Below are positions 29,751 to 40,017 of a DNA stretch of 64,000 bases, in pieces; position 1 is the first letter of the stretch, and each line of letters begins with the position of its first letter. The stretch lies in contig CAVPIW010000005.1 of NCBI GenBank assembly GCA_963705105.1, positions 1-64,000 on the forward strand, given 5' to 3'. Below the pieces are notes generated by a model. The model saw only the letters and a program-made list of their open reading frames with translations, had not been told where the DNA came from and searched no databases. This stretch comes from an uncultured Nitrospiraceae bacterium. GTDB lineage: Bacteria; Nitrospirota; Thermodesulfovibrionia; Thermodesulfovibrionales; Dissulfurispiraceae. Made by a program: the position numbers and the translations under genes.

Positions 29751-30785
29751 CTACACAAAAAATTTCACGATGGAGGTTACGACGATATTGACGAGCGCCA
29801 GCGGTATGAGCACCTTCCAGCCGATCGCCATCAACTGGTCGTACCGGTACCGGGGCAGGGTCGCGCGGATCCAGTAATAAAGGAATATGTGGAAATACAC
29901 CTTCAGGATGAACCAGACGATGCCCGGAACGGCGCCCAGCGCAGGAATCGCGTTCAGGATGACCGGCGGCAGCGTCCAGCCCCCCCAGAAACAGACGACG
30001 GAGAGACAGGACATGACGATCATGCCGATATACTCGCCCAGGAAAAAGAGGGCGAACCGGAAGCCGCTGTATTCCGTGAAGTATCCCGCAACGAGCTCAC
30101 TCTCCGCCTCGGGCAGATCGAAGGGCGCCCTGTTCGTTTCGGCGAAGGCCGAGATGAGAAAGACCATGAATCCGAGGAACTGGGGGATAACGAACATCCC
30201 GTGCCAGTGCTGCTGCTGTGCCGCGACGATCTCTCTCAGATTGAGAGATCCCGCCATGAGCATGACACCGACAAGGCTCAGCCCCATGGCGACCTCATAA
30301 CTCACCACCTGCGCAGAGGACCTGAGGCCCCCCAGAAAGGCGTACTTCGAGTTCGACGCCCATCCCGATACGACGACACCGTAAGAGGCGATGGAGGACA
30401 TGGCGAGCAGGAAAAGGAGGCCCACACCGACATCGGCGATGTAGAAACTTTCGGCGAAGGGGATGACGGCCAGGGAACTCATGGTGGCGAAAAGGAGAAT
30501 GATCGGCGCAACCGCAAAGGCGGGCTTGTCCGCCTGGCTCGGCATGATATCCTCTTTGAAGAAGAGTTTCAGGCCGTCGGCGATGGGTTGGAGTAAACCG
30601 TGAGGCCCCACCCGCATCGGCCCGAGCCGCACCTGCATGTGGCCGATGATCTTTCTTTCGAAGTAGGTGGCGTACGCCACGTGCAGCATCGCCACGCTGA
30701 TGACGATGACGATCTTGATGAGTATCGTGATGATCGTGACAAGAAAATCCATCTGTCCCGTTGGTAAAAACGACTCAATATTCAA
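29751..30785 (-). CDS. nuoH: Complex I subunit H
   Basis: [28 protein letters not shown]. Confidence 0.97.
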   Translation of the reverse strand: MNIESFLPTGQMDFLVTIITILIKIVIVISVAMLHVAYATYFERKIIGHMQVRLGPMRVGPHGLLQPIADGLKLFFKEDIMPSQADKPAFAVAPIILLFATMSSLAVIPFAESFYIADVGVGLLFLLAMSSIASYGVVVSGWASNSKYAFLGGLRSSAQVVSYEVAMGLSLVGVMLMAGSLNLREIVAAQQQHWHGMFVIPQFLGFMVFLISAFAETNRAPFDLPEAESELVAGYFTEYSGFRFALFFLGEYIGMIVMSCLSVVCFWGGWTLPPVILNAIPALGAVPGIVWFILKVYFHIFLYYWIRATLPRYRYDQLMAIGWKVLIPLALVNIVVTSIVKFFV

Positions 30786-30837
30786 CCTGACACCTCCTCT
30801 GTCACACTGCTCTCTGTCAGTTCTTCAGCGAATTTCC

Positions 30838-32028
30838 CTACCTGTCGACCTCACCGAGGACGATATCTATGGTGCCGACGACAGCAATAAGGTCCGCGAT
30901 GAGCAATCCCTCCGACAGCCTCGGGATGATCGAAGAATGGACGAAGGAGGGAGCCCTCACCCGCATCCGGTAAGGATGTCCCGTCCCGTCGCTGATGAAG
31001 TAGAAACCAAGCTCGCCTTTCGGCGCCTCTATGCCGGAATAGAACTCCCCGGCGGGACACCCGATCGGCCCTTTTGTTATAAGGACGAACTGGTGGATGA
31101 GGGACTCCATATTGGCAAGGACCAGGTCCTTCGACGGCAGCACGTATTTCGGCGCATCGGGAGCGATGATCGCACCCCGCGGCAGCTTCTCGATGCACTG
31201 ACGGATGATCTTGTTCGACTGCCGCAACTCCTCCATCCTGCACCTGTACCGGTCGTAGGTGTCGCCCGCCTTGCCGAGGGGGACGTCAAACTCCACCTTG
31301 TCGTACGCGTCGTAGGGGATATGCTTCCGGAGGTCGAAATTGACACCCGAGCCCCGGAGGGTCGGTCCCGTCAACCCCCAGTTCACCGCCTCTTCACCGC
31401 TGATAACACCGATGCCCTTTGTCCGCTGGAGCCAGATCCTGTTCTGGTCGATAAGGGTTTCATATTCCAGGATCCTCCCCGGGAATTCCTCTGTGAACTG
31501 GTAGAGGCTGTCTATGAATTCCTGGCTGACATCGTTCCGGACACCTCCGACCCGCAGGTATGACGTCGTCAGGCGCGCGCCGCAGACCTTTTCAAACAGA
31601 TCCAGGATCCACTCGCGCTCCCTGAAGGCATAGAGGAAAACGGTCATGGCGCCGATGTCGAGGGCATGGGTGCCGAGCCACAGGAGATGACTCGATATCC
31701 TGGCCATCTCGGCCATCATCGTCCGGATATACTGTCCCCGTTCCGGCACGCTGACGCCGAAGAGCCGCTCCACGGCGACGCAGTATCCCTGATTGTTCGC
31801 CATAGCGGACATATAGTCCATACGGTCCGTGAGCGGCATCGCGTTCAGATAGGTGAGGTTCTCGCCGAGCTTCTCAAGACCCCTGTGAAGATACCCGATG
31901 TGGGGTACGCACTTGACGATCGTCTCACCGTCGAGATCCACCACGAGACGGAGCACGCCGTGCGTCGCAGGGTGCTGCGGACCGATGTTGAGTGTCAGTT
32001 CTTTCGTTGCTGAGGATTTCGCGCCCAT
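30838..32028 (-). CDS. nuoD: Complex I subunit D
   Basis: [23 protein letters not shown]; no NiFe-binding CxxC motifs. Confidence 0.97.
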   Translation of the reverse strand: MGAKSSATKELTLNIGPQHPATHGVLRLVVDLDGETIVKCVPHIGYLHRGLEKLGENLTYLNAMPLTDRMDYMSAMANNQGYCVAVERLFGVSVPERGQYIRTMMAEMARISSHLLWLGTHALDIGAMTVFLYAFREREWILDLFEKVCGARLTTSYLRVGGVRNDVSQEFIDSLYQFTEEFPGRILEYETLIDQNRIWLQRTKGIGVISGEEAVNWGLTGPTLRGSGVNFDLRKHIPYDAYDKVEFDVPLGKAGDTYDRYRCRMEELRQSNKIIRQCIEKLPRGAIIAPDAPKYVLPSKDLVLANMESLIHQFVLITKGPIGCPAGEFYSGIEAPKGELGFYFISDGTGHPYRMRVRAPSFVHSSIIPRLSEGLLIADLIAVVGTIDIVLGEVDR

Positions 32029-32586
32029 TTATCTAACCTCGAACTGTTTGTTCTTTTCTGCGACTTCGAGTACTTCCTTCCAGCCCTTCCATTCCATGGC
32101 CCCAAGGTCGCTCTTGAGGGGATAATCCTTCCTGAGCGGATGCCCTTCCCAGTCATCGGGGAGAAGGATACGCCTGTGGTCGGGATGTCCCTTGAAGGTG
32201 ATGCCGAACATGTCAAAGCATTCCCGCTCGTGCCAGTTCGCCCCGGCATAGACGGGCACGACGCTGTCGATGGAACAGTCGTCTTCCGGCACCTCGGCCC
32301 GGACCCTCAGAAAGTGCCGGTGTTCGATCGAATACAACTGGTACGCGACCTCGAAACGGGGCTCCTTCTTGCCGAGGTAGTCGACTCCGCAGAGGTCGCG
32401 CAGGAGATCGAAAGAAAGGCTCGGCGTATCGTGGAGATACCGCACGATGTCCCTGATCCTCTTCTTGCCGACGATGACGGCGATCTGGCCGTTGTATTCC
32501 GCTATTTCCTTCACCTCGGAGGAAAATTGTTTCTGCAGTTGCTCAGCGATTTTTTTCGGATCCATACCTATCTCCACATGCTCCAT
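32029..32586 (-). CDS. nuoC: Complex I subunit C
   Basis: [20 protein letters not shown]. Confidence 0.96.
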   Translation of the reverse strand: MEHVEIGMDPKKIAEQLQKQFSSEVKEIAEYNGQIAVIVGKKRIRDIVRYLHDTPSLSFDLLRDLCGVDYLGKKEPRFEVAYQLYSIEHRHFLRVRAEVPEDDCSIDSVVPVYAGANWHERECFDMFGITFKGHPDHRRILLPDDWEGHPLRKDYPLKSDLGAMEWKGWKEVLEVAEKNKQFEVR

Positions 32587-33089
32587 TTGAAGTGTTCTTT
32601 TCTGATCTTTTCCTGGAGCTTCATCATCCCTTCAAGAAATGCCTCGGGTCTGGGAGGGCATCCCGGGATGAAAACATCCACGGGCATTATCAGGTCGACT
32701 CCCTGCACGGTGCTGTATGTGTCGAAGATGCCCCCGCTGCATGCACAGCTCCCCATGGCGACGACCCACCTCGGCTCCGGTATCTGGTCGTAGACCCTCC
32801 GGACGATGGGGGCCATTTTTTTCGTGAGAGTCCCTGCCAGGACGATCGCGTCGGACTGTCTCGGCGACGCCCTGTAGATGATGCCGAACCTGTCAAGATC
32901 ATAGTGTGACGATCCCGTCGTCATCATTTCAATGGCGCATCAAGCGAGGCCGAAGGTCAGCGGCCATAACGACGACAGCCTCCCCCAGTTGACGAGCTTG
33001 TCCACCGCCATGACGAAGACATTGGCGCCGGGGATGACCTTGACTCCCTCCTCGACTTCAACGAGAGCGGTTGTTCCGTCTATGATCAT
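32568..33089 (-). CDS. nuoB: Complex I subunit B, probable selenoprotein (TGA at 32942-32940, codon 50)
   Basis: AAGGAGGTG RBS, ATG 33089; frame reads ...[19 protein letters not shown]...MGSCA...PGCPPRPE. Confidence 0.9.
32905..32926 (-). promoter_or_regulatory. Putative bacterial SECIS hairpin
   Basis: UGACGA-CGGGA-UCGUCA; stem starts 17 nt and loop 23 nt after the UGA. Confidence 0.7.
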
Positions 33090-33111
33090 CTGCTTTCACC
33101 TCCTTTTAGAG

Positions 33112-33495
33112 CTAATCCCATGTAAATGCTTCCTTTCCCCAGGCATACACATAGCCGATGACGAGTATGAAAATGAAGACCAGCATTTCGACGAGCGCAT
33201 AGAGCCCGATCTTGTCGTAGACGACGGCCCAGGGATAGAGGAAAACGGCTTCAACATCGAATATGACAAAGAGCATGGCTATGATATAGAACTTGATGCT
33301 GAAACGATAGCGCGGTTCCCCGACAGGCTCGTTGCCTGATTCGTAGGGAAGGTTCTTTTCCTTGTAAGGTCTCCTGAGCCTGAAAAGTCTGCCGATCAGG
33401 AGGGCGCCGACGCCGAAGGCAATGGCTATCATCATGAGGACTAAGATAGGAAGATACTCCTGCGGTATGTAACTCCCTGGTGTTATTGGATCCAT
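33112..33495 (-). CDS. nuoA: Complex I subunit A
   Basis: PYESG, FVIFDVEAVFLYPWA. Confidence 0.96.
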   Translation of the reverse strand: MDPITPGSYIPQEYLPILVLMMIAIAFGVGALLIGRLFRLRRPYKEKNLPYESGNEPVGEPRYRFSIKFYIIAMLFVIFDVEAVFLYPWAVVYDKIGLYALVEMLVFIFILVIGYVYAWGKEAFTWD

Positions 33496-33534
33496 ATGCA
33501 CCTCGGTGGTATGAATTTTCTGCAAAGCGCATAT

Positions 33535-33564
33535 TTTATACTTCAAGCAAGGGGTAATTGTCAA
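33535..33564 (-). promoter_or_regulatory. Sigma70 promoter of nuo operon
   Basis: TTGACA-N18-TATAAA. Confidence 0.6.
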
Positions 33565-33773
33565 GCAAAAAAAGGTTCAGGCAGGAGAATTTCGCCCGCA
33601 AAATAGGCCTTTTTGTGAGATCGGACGGGAATCCATGAAGCGGGATCAGCGGAAACGGTGACCGGTTAAGAACCGGGGCGGCCTGACGCCGCCCGGTCAT
33701 CATCGGGAAGACGGCCTATCTCGCCGTGACGTTCGTCTCTCTGGAGTCACTGGAATTGAGGGCCTTCCGACGG

Positions 33774-35050
33774 CTACGGCACGATATCTATATTTATCGT
33801 CATGTAGTCCAGGTAGATCTCGTCGTAATCGACGATACCGTTGACGTTTGTGTCGACGCCGAAATAGACGACATACGTCCCTGCGGACAGCCCTCCGGCT
33901 ATCTCGAGGACCTTGATCGGGGAACGGTTGAAGAGAGGCCCCTGATAGGCGGGGCGAATTGACTCCAGCGACGGGGTATAGTGCCACATATCGGGATGCA
34001 CGTAATAGAACCAGCCATAGGGCGCATAGGCCACAACCCACCAGTCGGCGTTTCTTCCCGACATCTCTCCCGGATCGAGGCTCACGGTCACAGAGAAGGA
34101 CTCACTCGACCTCAGGGTGATATGCGGATACGAGTTGTTTACCCTTATCGCAGGGGCTGCACGAGAGGGGCCGGACTGAAGGATCGTGCCTTCCTGCCCG
34201 ACGGTAACGAAGGTGTCATTGCCTGAGGCTATTCCGTAAAGGGTCGCCGTCGTCCCAGAGGGCCTCACGGTCCAGGAGGTCCCGTCGGAAGAGGTCGCGG
34301 TCGCCCCCCGCTCTCCCACTGCAATGAAATGTCCATCCTCAAAGATCACCCTTCTGAGGGGGCCAGCAGTTCCCGGATTCACCGACCTCCATTCCAGACC
34401 GTTCCGGGAGGTCAGGACCATGCCGCTCGGGGACGCCGCAACGAACAGCCCGTTGCCATAGGCAATCCCGGTGACCGGCCCGGGGGTGCCAAAGGGCGCC
34501 ACCGTCCACGAGACCCCATCGGAAGAGGTGAGGATTGTGTTTCCGGCTCCGGTAGCGATGAACGTGCCGTTTCCATAGGCGACTGCCTGAAGATTAGCGT
34601 CCGTGCCCGACAGCCTGTTCGCCCAGTTGACGCCGTTACCGGATGTCAGGATCGCCCCCCGCTCTCCCACGGCGACGAAGGCGCCATTGCCATAGGTGAT
34701 GCCGCGCAGAGCGGCGGATGTCCCTGAGAACGCCCCTGCCCAGGAAAGACCGTCCGAAGAGGTGATAATTGAGCCGCCGCTACCGACACTCACAAAAAGG
34801 CCGTTCCCGAATACCACATCGCTGAGATCGGCCTGGATGCTCCCGCTGTTCCTGACGGTCCAGGATAGCCCATCGCTCGATGTGAGGCTCACACCCCCGA
34901 TTCCCAGCGCGGTGAACAGGCCATTGCCGTACGCAACGGATTGAAGGTCATTCGTCGTTCCCGATGCTCTCCTCGTCCAGGTGACGAGGTCGGGGAGAGC
35001 CGATGATTGCCGGGACGGCGTGACAAGGCCGTCCGTATCATGTTCCTCAT
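33774..35050 (-). pseudogene. Beta-propeller-like repeat protein (YGNG..FVAVG..G.ILTS.DG.W) with damaged 5' end
   Basis: About six repeats; a full repeat lies in frame upstream of the called GTG 34892, but the nearest ATGs are out of frame. Confidence 0.55.
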
Positions 35051-35078
35051 TCTCCCGTTGCCTGCCCTACAATCACCT

Positions 35079-35855
35079 ATGGACATCCTGAAAAAGATCA
35101 TCGCCGCAAAGGCCGGCCGTCTGGCCGAGGCAAAGAGGGCAGTCCCGCTCAATGATCTGCGGTCCCGGGTGCGCGATCTGCCTGAACCGCGGAATTTCAG
35201 GAATGCCATTGCGAGGGGATCGGGCAGGATCAGGCTGATCGCGGAGATCAAGAAGGCATCGCCGTCGCGGGGTCTCATCCGCCCTGATTTCGATCTTGCT
35301 TCGATCATCGATGTATACAATGAGAAAGCGCATGCCGTCTCGGTGCTGACGGAGGAGGACTATTTCCAGGGCCGTCTGTCCTACATCAGAGAAGTGAAGG
35401 ACAGGTCCTCCCTGCCCGTTCTCCGGAAAGATTTCATCATCGATGAGTATCAGATCTTCGAATCGAGGGTCCACCACGCCGATGCGATCCTGCTGATCGG
35501 GGCAGCCCTCGAGCCGGCCCAGGCCCGCGACTTCCTTTACCTTGCCGGGGAACTGGGTCTTGCCGTGCTCTTCGAGGTCCATGACGAGCGGGAACTCGAC
35601 GGTGCACTCGGGACCGGCGCCGGCATCATCGGTATCAACAACAGAAATCTCAGGACCCTCGACATAGACCTGGCGACGACCTTCAGGCTCAGGCCGCAGG
35701 TCCCGTCAGGCAAGGTCGTCGTGAGCGAGAGCGGCATCAAGTCGAGAGAGGATGTGCGTTCTCTTGAAGAGGCCGGTGTCGACGCGATGCTCGTCGGCAC
35801 GTCCCTCATGTCGTCGGCAGACATTGGAAAGGCGATTGATGAGCTTATGGGCTGA
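35079..35855 (+). CDS. trpC: Indole-3-glycerol-phosphate synthase
   Basis: IAEIKKASPS, SVLTEE.YF.G, LRKDFI, GINNRNL. Confidence 0.97.
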   Translation: MDILKKIIAAKAGRLAEAKRAVPLNDLRSRVRDLPEPRNFRNAIARGSGRIRLIAEIKKASPSRGLIRPDFDLASIIDVYNEKAHAVSVLTEEDYFQGRLSYIREVKDRSSLPVLRKDFIIDEYQIFESRVHHADAILLIGAALEPAQARDFLYLAGELGLAVLFEVHDERELDGALGTGAGIIGINNRNLRTLDIDLATTFRLRPQVPSGKVVVSESGIKSREDVRSLEEAGVDAMLVGTSLMSSADIGKAIDELMG

Positions 35856-35870
35856 GTTAAATATTGAAAC

Positions 35871-35935
35871 AAACCGTTTAGTTGCGCGGAAAGGCGGTGC
35901 ATACACCCAGCCTTGCCGGAGAGTTGTGCAATGAC
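35871..35935 (-). repeat. Internally collapsed copy of the hairpin repeat
   Basis: Both outer arms present (GGAAAGGCGG...GCATACACCCAGCCTTGCCGG), loop absent. Confidence 0.6.
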
Positions 35936-35963
35936 ATTGAAACCATTTGCAGGGAGGTGACCG

Positions 35964-36380
35964 ATGATCAGGGTGATGTTTCTCTGCACCGCCAATTCCT
36001 GCAGGAGCCAGATGGCCGAGGGTCTGGCGCGGGAACTCGGCAGGGGAAAGATAGAGGCTTACAGCGCCGGGCTCATGCCCGTTGACGTGCAGCCCCGGGC
36101 GATTTCCGTCATGAAGGAGATCGGCATCGACATCTCGATGCAGCGCCCGAAAGTGATCGATGACAGGACGCTCGGCACAATGGACCTGGTCATCACCCTT
36201 TGCGACCTGGCGGACCATTACTGCCCCGTCACCCCGGCGGGCGTCCGGCGTCTGCACTGGCCCATACGGGACCCTGTCGGGACGAGGGGGCCGGAAGAAA
36301 AGGTGATGGCGGATTTCAGGAGGGCCAGGGATGAGATCCGCGAAAAGATCGTCGCCCTGATTGAGTCATTAAGTCATTAA
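35964..36380 (+). CDS. arsC: Arsenate reductase (LMW-PTP fold)
   Basis: CTANSCRSQMAE, ITLC, CP, HW..RDP. Confidence 0.9.
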   Translation: MIRVMFLCTANSCRSQMAEGLARELGRGKIEAYSAGLMPVDVQPRAISVMKEIGIDISMQRPKVIDDRTLGTMDLVITLCDLADHYCPVTPAGVRRLHWPIRDPVGTRGPEEKVMADFRRARDEIREKIVALIESLSH

Positions 36381-36390
36381 GCAAATTACT

Positions 36391-36756
36391 TTACTCTTCG
36401 TCGCGGCTGCCGGCAAGGCGCGTGACGTATTCCTCCCACTCGAAGGGGAGCATGTGTTTCTTCCTGTTATTGCATTCCTTGCAGGCTGCGACGAGGTTGG
36501 CCTTCAATGACCTCCCGCCCCTGGTGAGCGGGATGAGATGATCCATGGTGAGTTCCCCGGGATTGACGACAGCCCCGCAGTAATAACATCTGCCGCTGCC
36601 GCACTTCCTCTTCCACCATGCGCTGCTGCGCAGTCTCCGTGCGGCCGCCCGTTCCTTCCGGACCTCTTCGTCGGGCAGGCCGGTGTGGAAGGGCTCTATT
36701 TTCTTCCCCTCCGCACTTCTTCTTCCTCGAAGTATTTCCTGTACATCACGTCCCAC
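36391..36756 (-). CDS. HNH endonuclease (start uncertain)
   Basis: CYYC...DHLIPLTRGG...NLVAACKECN. Confidence 0.88.
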   Translation of the reverse strand: MGRDVQEILRGRRSAEGKKIEPFHTGLPDEEVRKERAAARRLRSSAWWKRKCGSGRCYYCGAVVNPGELTMDHLIPLTRGGRSLKANLVAACKECNNRKKHMLPFEWEEYVTRLAGSRDEE

Positions 36757-36974
36757 TCCTGGCTGCCCTCGACAGGCCTTTTCGAGAGCGACTGCAGCTT
36801 TTTCTTCACCGCCAGGTCCATGTCCTCGCCGATTTTGAGCTCGTTCAGGATCGTGCGTTTGATCTCTCTCCTCAGTATGCTGTCATCGGCTTTGAGCCTG
36901 ATCGCGCCCCTTTCGATGAGCCCGTTCAGGAGGACATGGGTAAGGTGGGTGATCTTGTCGTCCGAGAGCATCAC
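36696..36974 (-). CDS. DUF507 family protein
   Basis: MMLSDDKITHL, EGSQEWDVMY. Confidence 0.75.
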   Translation of the reverse strand: MMLSDDKITHLTHVLLNGLIERGAIRLKADDSILRREIKRTILNELKIGEDMDLAVKKKLQSLSKRPVEGSQEWDVMYRKYFEEEEVRRGRK

Positions 36975-37252
36975 AGGATGACGTTTCTCTCCCTTACCAT
37001 CTTCTGTTTCGTCATATCGAAGAGCTTCCGGTAGTCGAGGCGGCCTTTCTCTATCTCGGACTCGTACTTCCTGAGCAGCTGGTGGACCTCGTCATTCAGG
37101 CGGTCCTCGACGAGCAGCTCATCCAAAATAAGCCTTTCCACCTCTTCGAGCAGTTCCGGGACCGGGATTGCCGGTTCTATGAGGTCCCTCGCGACGAGAT
37201 GATCGACGATCTTCTTCGCCAGGATGGGAACCCAGCTCTTCGGGACGCGCAT
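36971..37252 (-). CDS. DUF507 family protein
   Basis: EDRLNDEV, DYRKLF. Confidence 0.75.
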   Translation of the reverse strand: MRVPKSWVPILAKKIVDHLVARDLIEPAIPVPELLEEVERLILDELLVEDRLNDEVHQLLRKYESEIEKGRLDYRKLFDMTKQKMVRERNVIL

Positions 37253-37253
37253 G

Positions 37254-37478
37254 CTATCTTTCCATGAAGGGGAGAAGAGCGATCGTCCTGGCCCTCTTGA
37301 TCGCGACGGTCAGCTCTCTCTGGTGGAGCGAGCAGGTCCCCATCATTTTTCTCGAGAGGATCTTCCCGCGCTCCGTCATATAATTCCTGAGGGTCTTGAG
37401 GTCCTTGTAGTCGATAAAGAGTACTTTATCCGCGCAGAACCTGCAGAATTTCCTCCGCTGAAATCTCTTTTGCTGCAT
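37254..37478 (-). CDS. rpsR: 30S ribosomal protein S18
   Basis: CRFC, IDYKD, AIKRAR.IALLP. Confidence 0.97.
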   Translation of the reverse strand: MQQKRFQRRKFCRFCADKVLFIDYKDLKTLRNYMTERGKILSRKMMGTCSLHQRELTVAIKRARTIALLPFMER

Positions 37479-37527
37479 TTTTTCTCCTTTCACGTTCTAT
37501 CTTGTTGTTCCGTCTCCCGTCCGGACA

Positions 37528-37926
37528 TCAGAACGGCTCGAGATCCGTTGTTTCTTCCGGCGGCGGCATGTCCGATGATTCCTCGTCGCCGCGGAGAGGC
37601 CGCTGCTCCCGGCGGGGCAGGAACCGGACCGTATTCGCGAGGACCTCAAACTTGCTCTTCTGAACACCCTCGGTCTCCCATTTCCTCTCGCGGAGCCTTC
37701 CCTCGACGAGAACGGGATTGCCTTTGTTCAGGTACTGTCCGCACACCTCAGCCTGTTTTCCGAAAGTCACCACATCGATGAAGAGCGTCTCTTCCTTCTG
37801 CTCATCGGCCTGTCTGAACTTCGATGACACGGCAATCCTGATCGTGGCGACGGCCGTGCCGGCGGCGGTGTAGCGGACGTCGGGGTCCTTTGTGAGATTG
37901 CCGATCAGGATGACACGGTTGAACAT
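37528..37926 (-). CDS. ssb: Single-stranded DNA-binding protein
   Basis: NRVILIGNL, VEGRL, acidic DLEPF tail. Confidence 0.97.
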   Translation of the reverse strand: MFNRVILIGNLTKDPDVRYTAAGTAVATIRIAVSSKFRQADEQKEETLFIDVVTFGKQAEVCGQYLNKGNPVLVEGRLRERKWETEGVQKSKFEVLANTVRFLPRREQRPLRGDEESSDMPPPEETTDLEPF

Positions 37927-38303
37927 TACGCCTCGATGGCAGGCTCGGCAGGCGCTGACAGTTCCTGCGGTGTCACGGGAATGCCGAGGATGTCCTTAGG
38001 GAGGGCGGCAATCTGGTCTTTCCCGAGCCTGATGATTATGAACTTCATGATGAGGTCCATAAGCTTGTAGTTTTCCTCGAGTTTCCTGACCGTCGAATTG
38101 GGCGCTTTGAAGAGGAAAAGCACGTAGATGCCCACTCTCTGTTTCTGGAGCTCATAGGCGAGCCTCCTCTTGCCCCAGATATCGACCTTGAGGAGTTCCC
38201 CGCCGGCGTTCCTGATGTGAGCCGATATCTTTTCTATACCGGCCTTGATCTCGTCGTCGCTTAACGACGCACTGAAAATCACGAAGTTTTCGTATATATT
38301 CAT
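37926..38303 (-). CDS. rpsF: 30S ribosomal protein S6
   Basis: YE..., WGKRRLAY; rpsF-ssb-rpsR order. Confidence 0.95.
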   Translation of the reverse strand: MNIYENFVIFSASLSDDEIKAGIEKISAHIRNAGGELLKVDIWGKRRLAYELQKQRVGIYVLFLFKAPNSTVRKLEENYKLMDLIMKFIIIRLGKDQIAALPKDILGIPVTPQELSAPAEPAIEA

Positions 38304-38309
38304 GCAGTC

Positions 38310-38350
38310 CTCCATATGGATATAAAGCCCTTCATGAAAAGGGCATGGAG
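38310..38350 (-). promoter_or_regulatory. S6:S18 ribosomal-protein leader
   Basis: CTCCAT pairs with ATGGAG (covering the RBS) and encloses a GCCCTT/AAGGGC hairpin. Confidence 0.65.
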
Positions 38351-38382
38351 CTTTTATATATATCACAGAATGGCTTGATTTA

Positions 38383-39774
38383 TCAAATAAGCTTGTACGC
38401 CCTCAGCTTCTTGCTCAGCGTGTTCCTGTTGACGCCCAGGATCTTCGCCGTTTTGCACTGGTTTCCACCCGCCTCCTTCAGCACGATGCTGAAAAGGGCC
38501 TTTTCGACCTCCCCGATGATCGTATCGTACAGGTCCGAGTGATCGATCCTCGTCATCTTGCCGAGAAAACCGTTCAGCTTCGTTTCGAAGAATTCCTTTA
38601 TGGAGCACTGTGCATAGTCGTCGGCAAATATGTCCTTCCGTTCGATCAGACTCCCCTTCGAGAGGATGCACGCCCTTTTGACGGTGTTCTCGAGCTCCCT
38701 CACGTTTCCCGGCCAATCGTATTCCGTGAGGGCCTTTTCTGCGTCCTTCGAGAATTCCTTGGGAACAATTTCGAAGACCCTCAGCGATTCCCTGAGAAAA
38801 TGGTGCGCCAGCGGAAGAATATCCTCCCGCCTATCCCTGAGGGGGGGAAGGTGTATCTCGATGACGTTGAAACGGTAGTAGAGGTCTTCCCGGAACTGCC
38901 CGCTCCGGATGCACTCCCTGAGGTCCCGGTTCGTCGCTCCGATGATCCGCACATTGGCCGTGATGAACCGGCTGCTGCCGAGGGGGCTGTACTCCCTGTC
39001 CTGGAGGAAGCGGAGCAGTTTCGCCTGCAGATTGATGTCGAGCTCGGAGATTTCGTCGAGGAAAAGGGTGCCGCCGTCAGCGGCCTGTATCTTCCCGGTC
39101 GTCTTGTCCGCGGCGCCGGTGAAGGCGCCCTTTTCCCACCCGAAGAGCTCGGCCTCCAGAAGCTCCCGGGGTATGGACGCTGAATTGATGGCGACGAAGG
39201 GCGCCGACTTTCTCCTGCTGTTGTTGTGAATCGCCCGTGCAATAAGCTCTTTGCCCGTCCCGCTCTCACCGGAAATGAGGACCGTTACATCCTTCGGCGC
39301 CACCTTTCCGGTCTCCTTGAATATTCTCAGCATGCTTTTGCTCTTTGCGACGATCTGGAAAGGCCTGGCCTCCTCCTTCCCCTGCCTCAGGCTGCGGAGT
39401 TCCTCTCTCAGGGAGATGTCACCAAAGGCTTTCTCGACGACGATCTTCAGCTCCTCGATGTCGAATGGTTTCTCAAGATAATCATAGGCGCCTTCCTTCA
39501 TCGCGTCGATGGCGCTCTCCATGCGGCCGTGGGCGGTGATGATGATGACGAGGGCATCGGGATTCAGGCTGCGTATCTCCTTGAGTGCCTCGATCCCGTT
39601 GCCGTCGGGAAGGATAAGGTCGAGCAGGATCAGCTTGACCTGGTGAACGGACCTGAGGGCCGGTTGGATGGAGTTTCTCGCCTCAACGGCATAGCCGAGG
39701 GGCTCAAGTGTCTTCCTGACAACCCAGAGGACGCTCTCGTCATCGTCTATGACAAGGATCTTCCTTTTCTCCAT
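38383..39774 (-). CDS. NtrC-family sigma54 response regulator
   Basis: Receiver, GESGTGKE, GAFTGA, HTH; DLYDTIIGEVEKAL resembles NtrC. Confidence 0.93.
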   Translation of the reverse strand: MEKRKILVIDDDESVLWVVRKTLEPLGYAVEARNSIQPALRSVHQVKLILLDLILPDGNGIEALKEIRSLNPDALVIIITAHGRMESAIDAMKEGAYDYLEKPFDIEELKIVVEKAFGDISLREELRSLRQGKEEARPFQIVAKSKSMLRIFKETGKVAPKDVTVLISGESGTGKELIARAIHNNSRRKSAPFVAINSASIPRELLEAELFGWEKGAFTGAADKTTGKIQAADGGTLFLDEISELDINLQAKLLRFLQDREYSPLGSSRFITANVRIIGATNRDLRECIRSGQFREDLYYRFNVIEIHLPPLRDRREDILPLAHHFLRESLRVFEIVPKEFSKDAEKALTEYDWPGNVRELENTVKRACILSKGSLIERKDIFADDYAQCSIKEFFETKLNGFLGKMTRIDHSDLYDTIIGEVEKALFSIVLKEAGGNQCKTAKILGVNRNTLSKKLRAYKLI

Positions 39775-39819
39775 TTCCTCTTCCGGTGCCGGGATTATAC
39801 AGCATATCCGTCGAGAAGA

Positions 39820-40017
39820 TCACCTCATGCAATCGGACCTCCGGAAAGGCGGGGCGTATGCGCCGACAAGCCTCGGTGCTGCGAAACATTTGCCTTCCCA
39901 TAAAGACGCTATCAGGCTGACGGCTGAAAAGAGGTGAACCTTTTGCTGACACTCACACTGACACTGACACTGTTCTTCAGAGCGCGTCGCCCCGCCTTTC
40001 GGTGAAACTGGAAGGAT
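39820..40017 (+). repeat. Intergenic hairpin repeat subtype E
   Basis: GAAAGGCGGGGCG...CGCCCCGCCTTTC with GACACT repeats. Confidence 0.92.

Noticed and set aside
32940..32942. nuoB as a nonsense pseudogene, or genome-wide UGA reassignment
   Set aside because: The stop falls exactly on a conserved Cys with a SECIS-like hairpin; TGA ends many other genes normally (lexA, pyk, ldh)
30838..33089. Operon as a group 4 NiFe hydrogenase
   Set aside because: The large subunit lacks both CxxC motifs and has NuoD signatures
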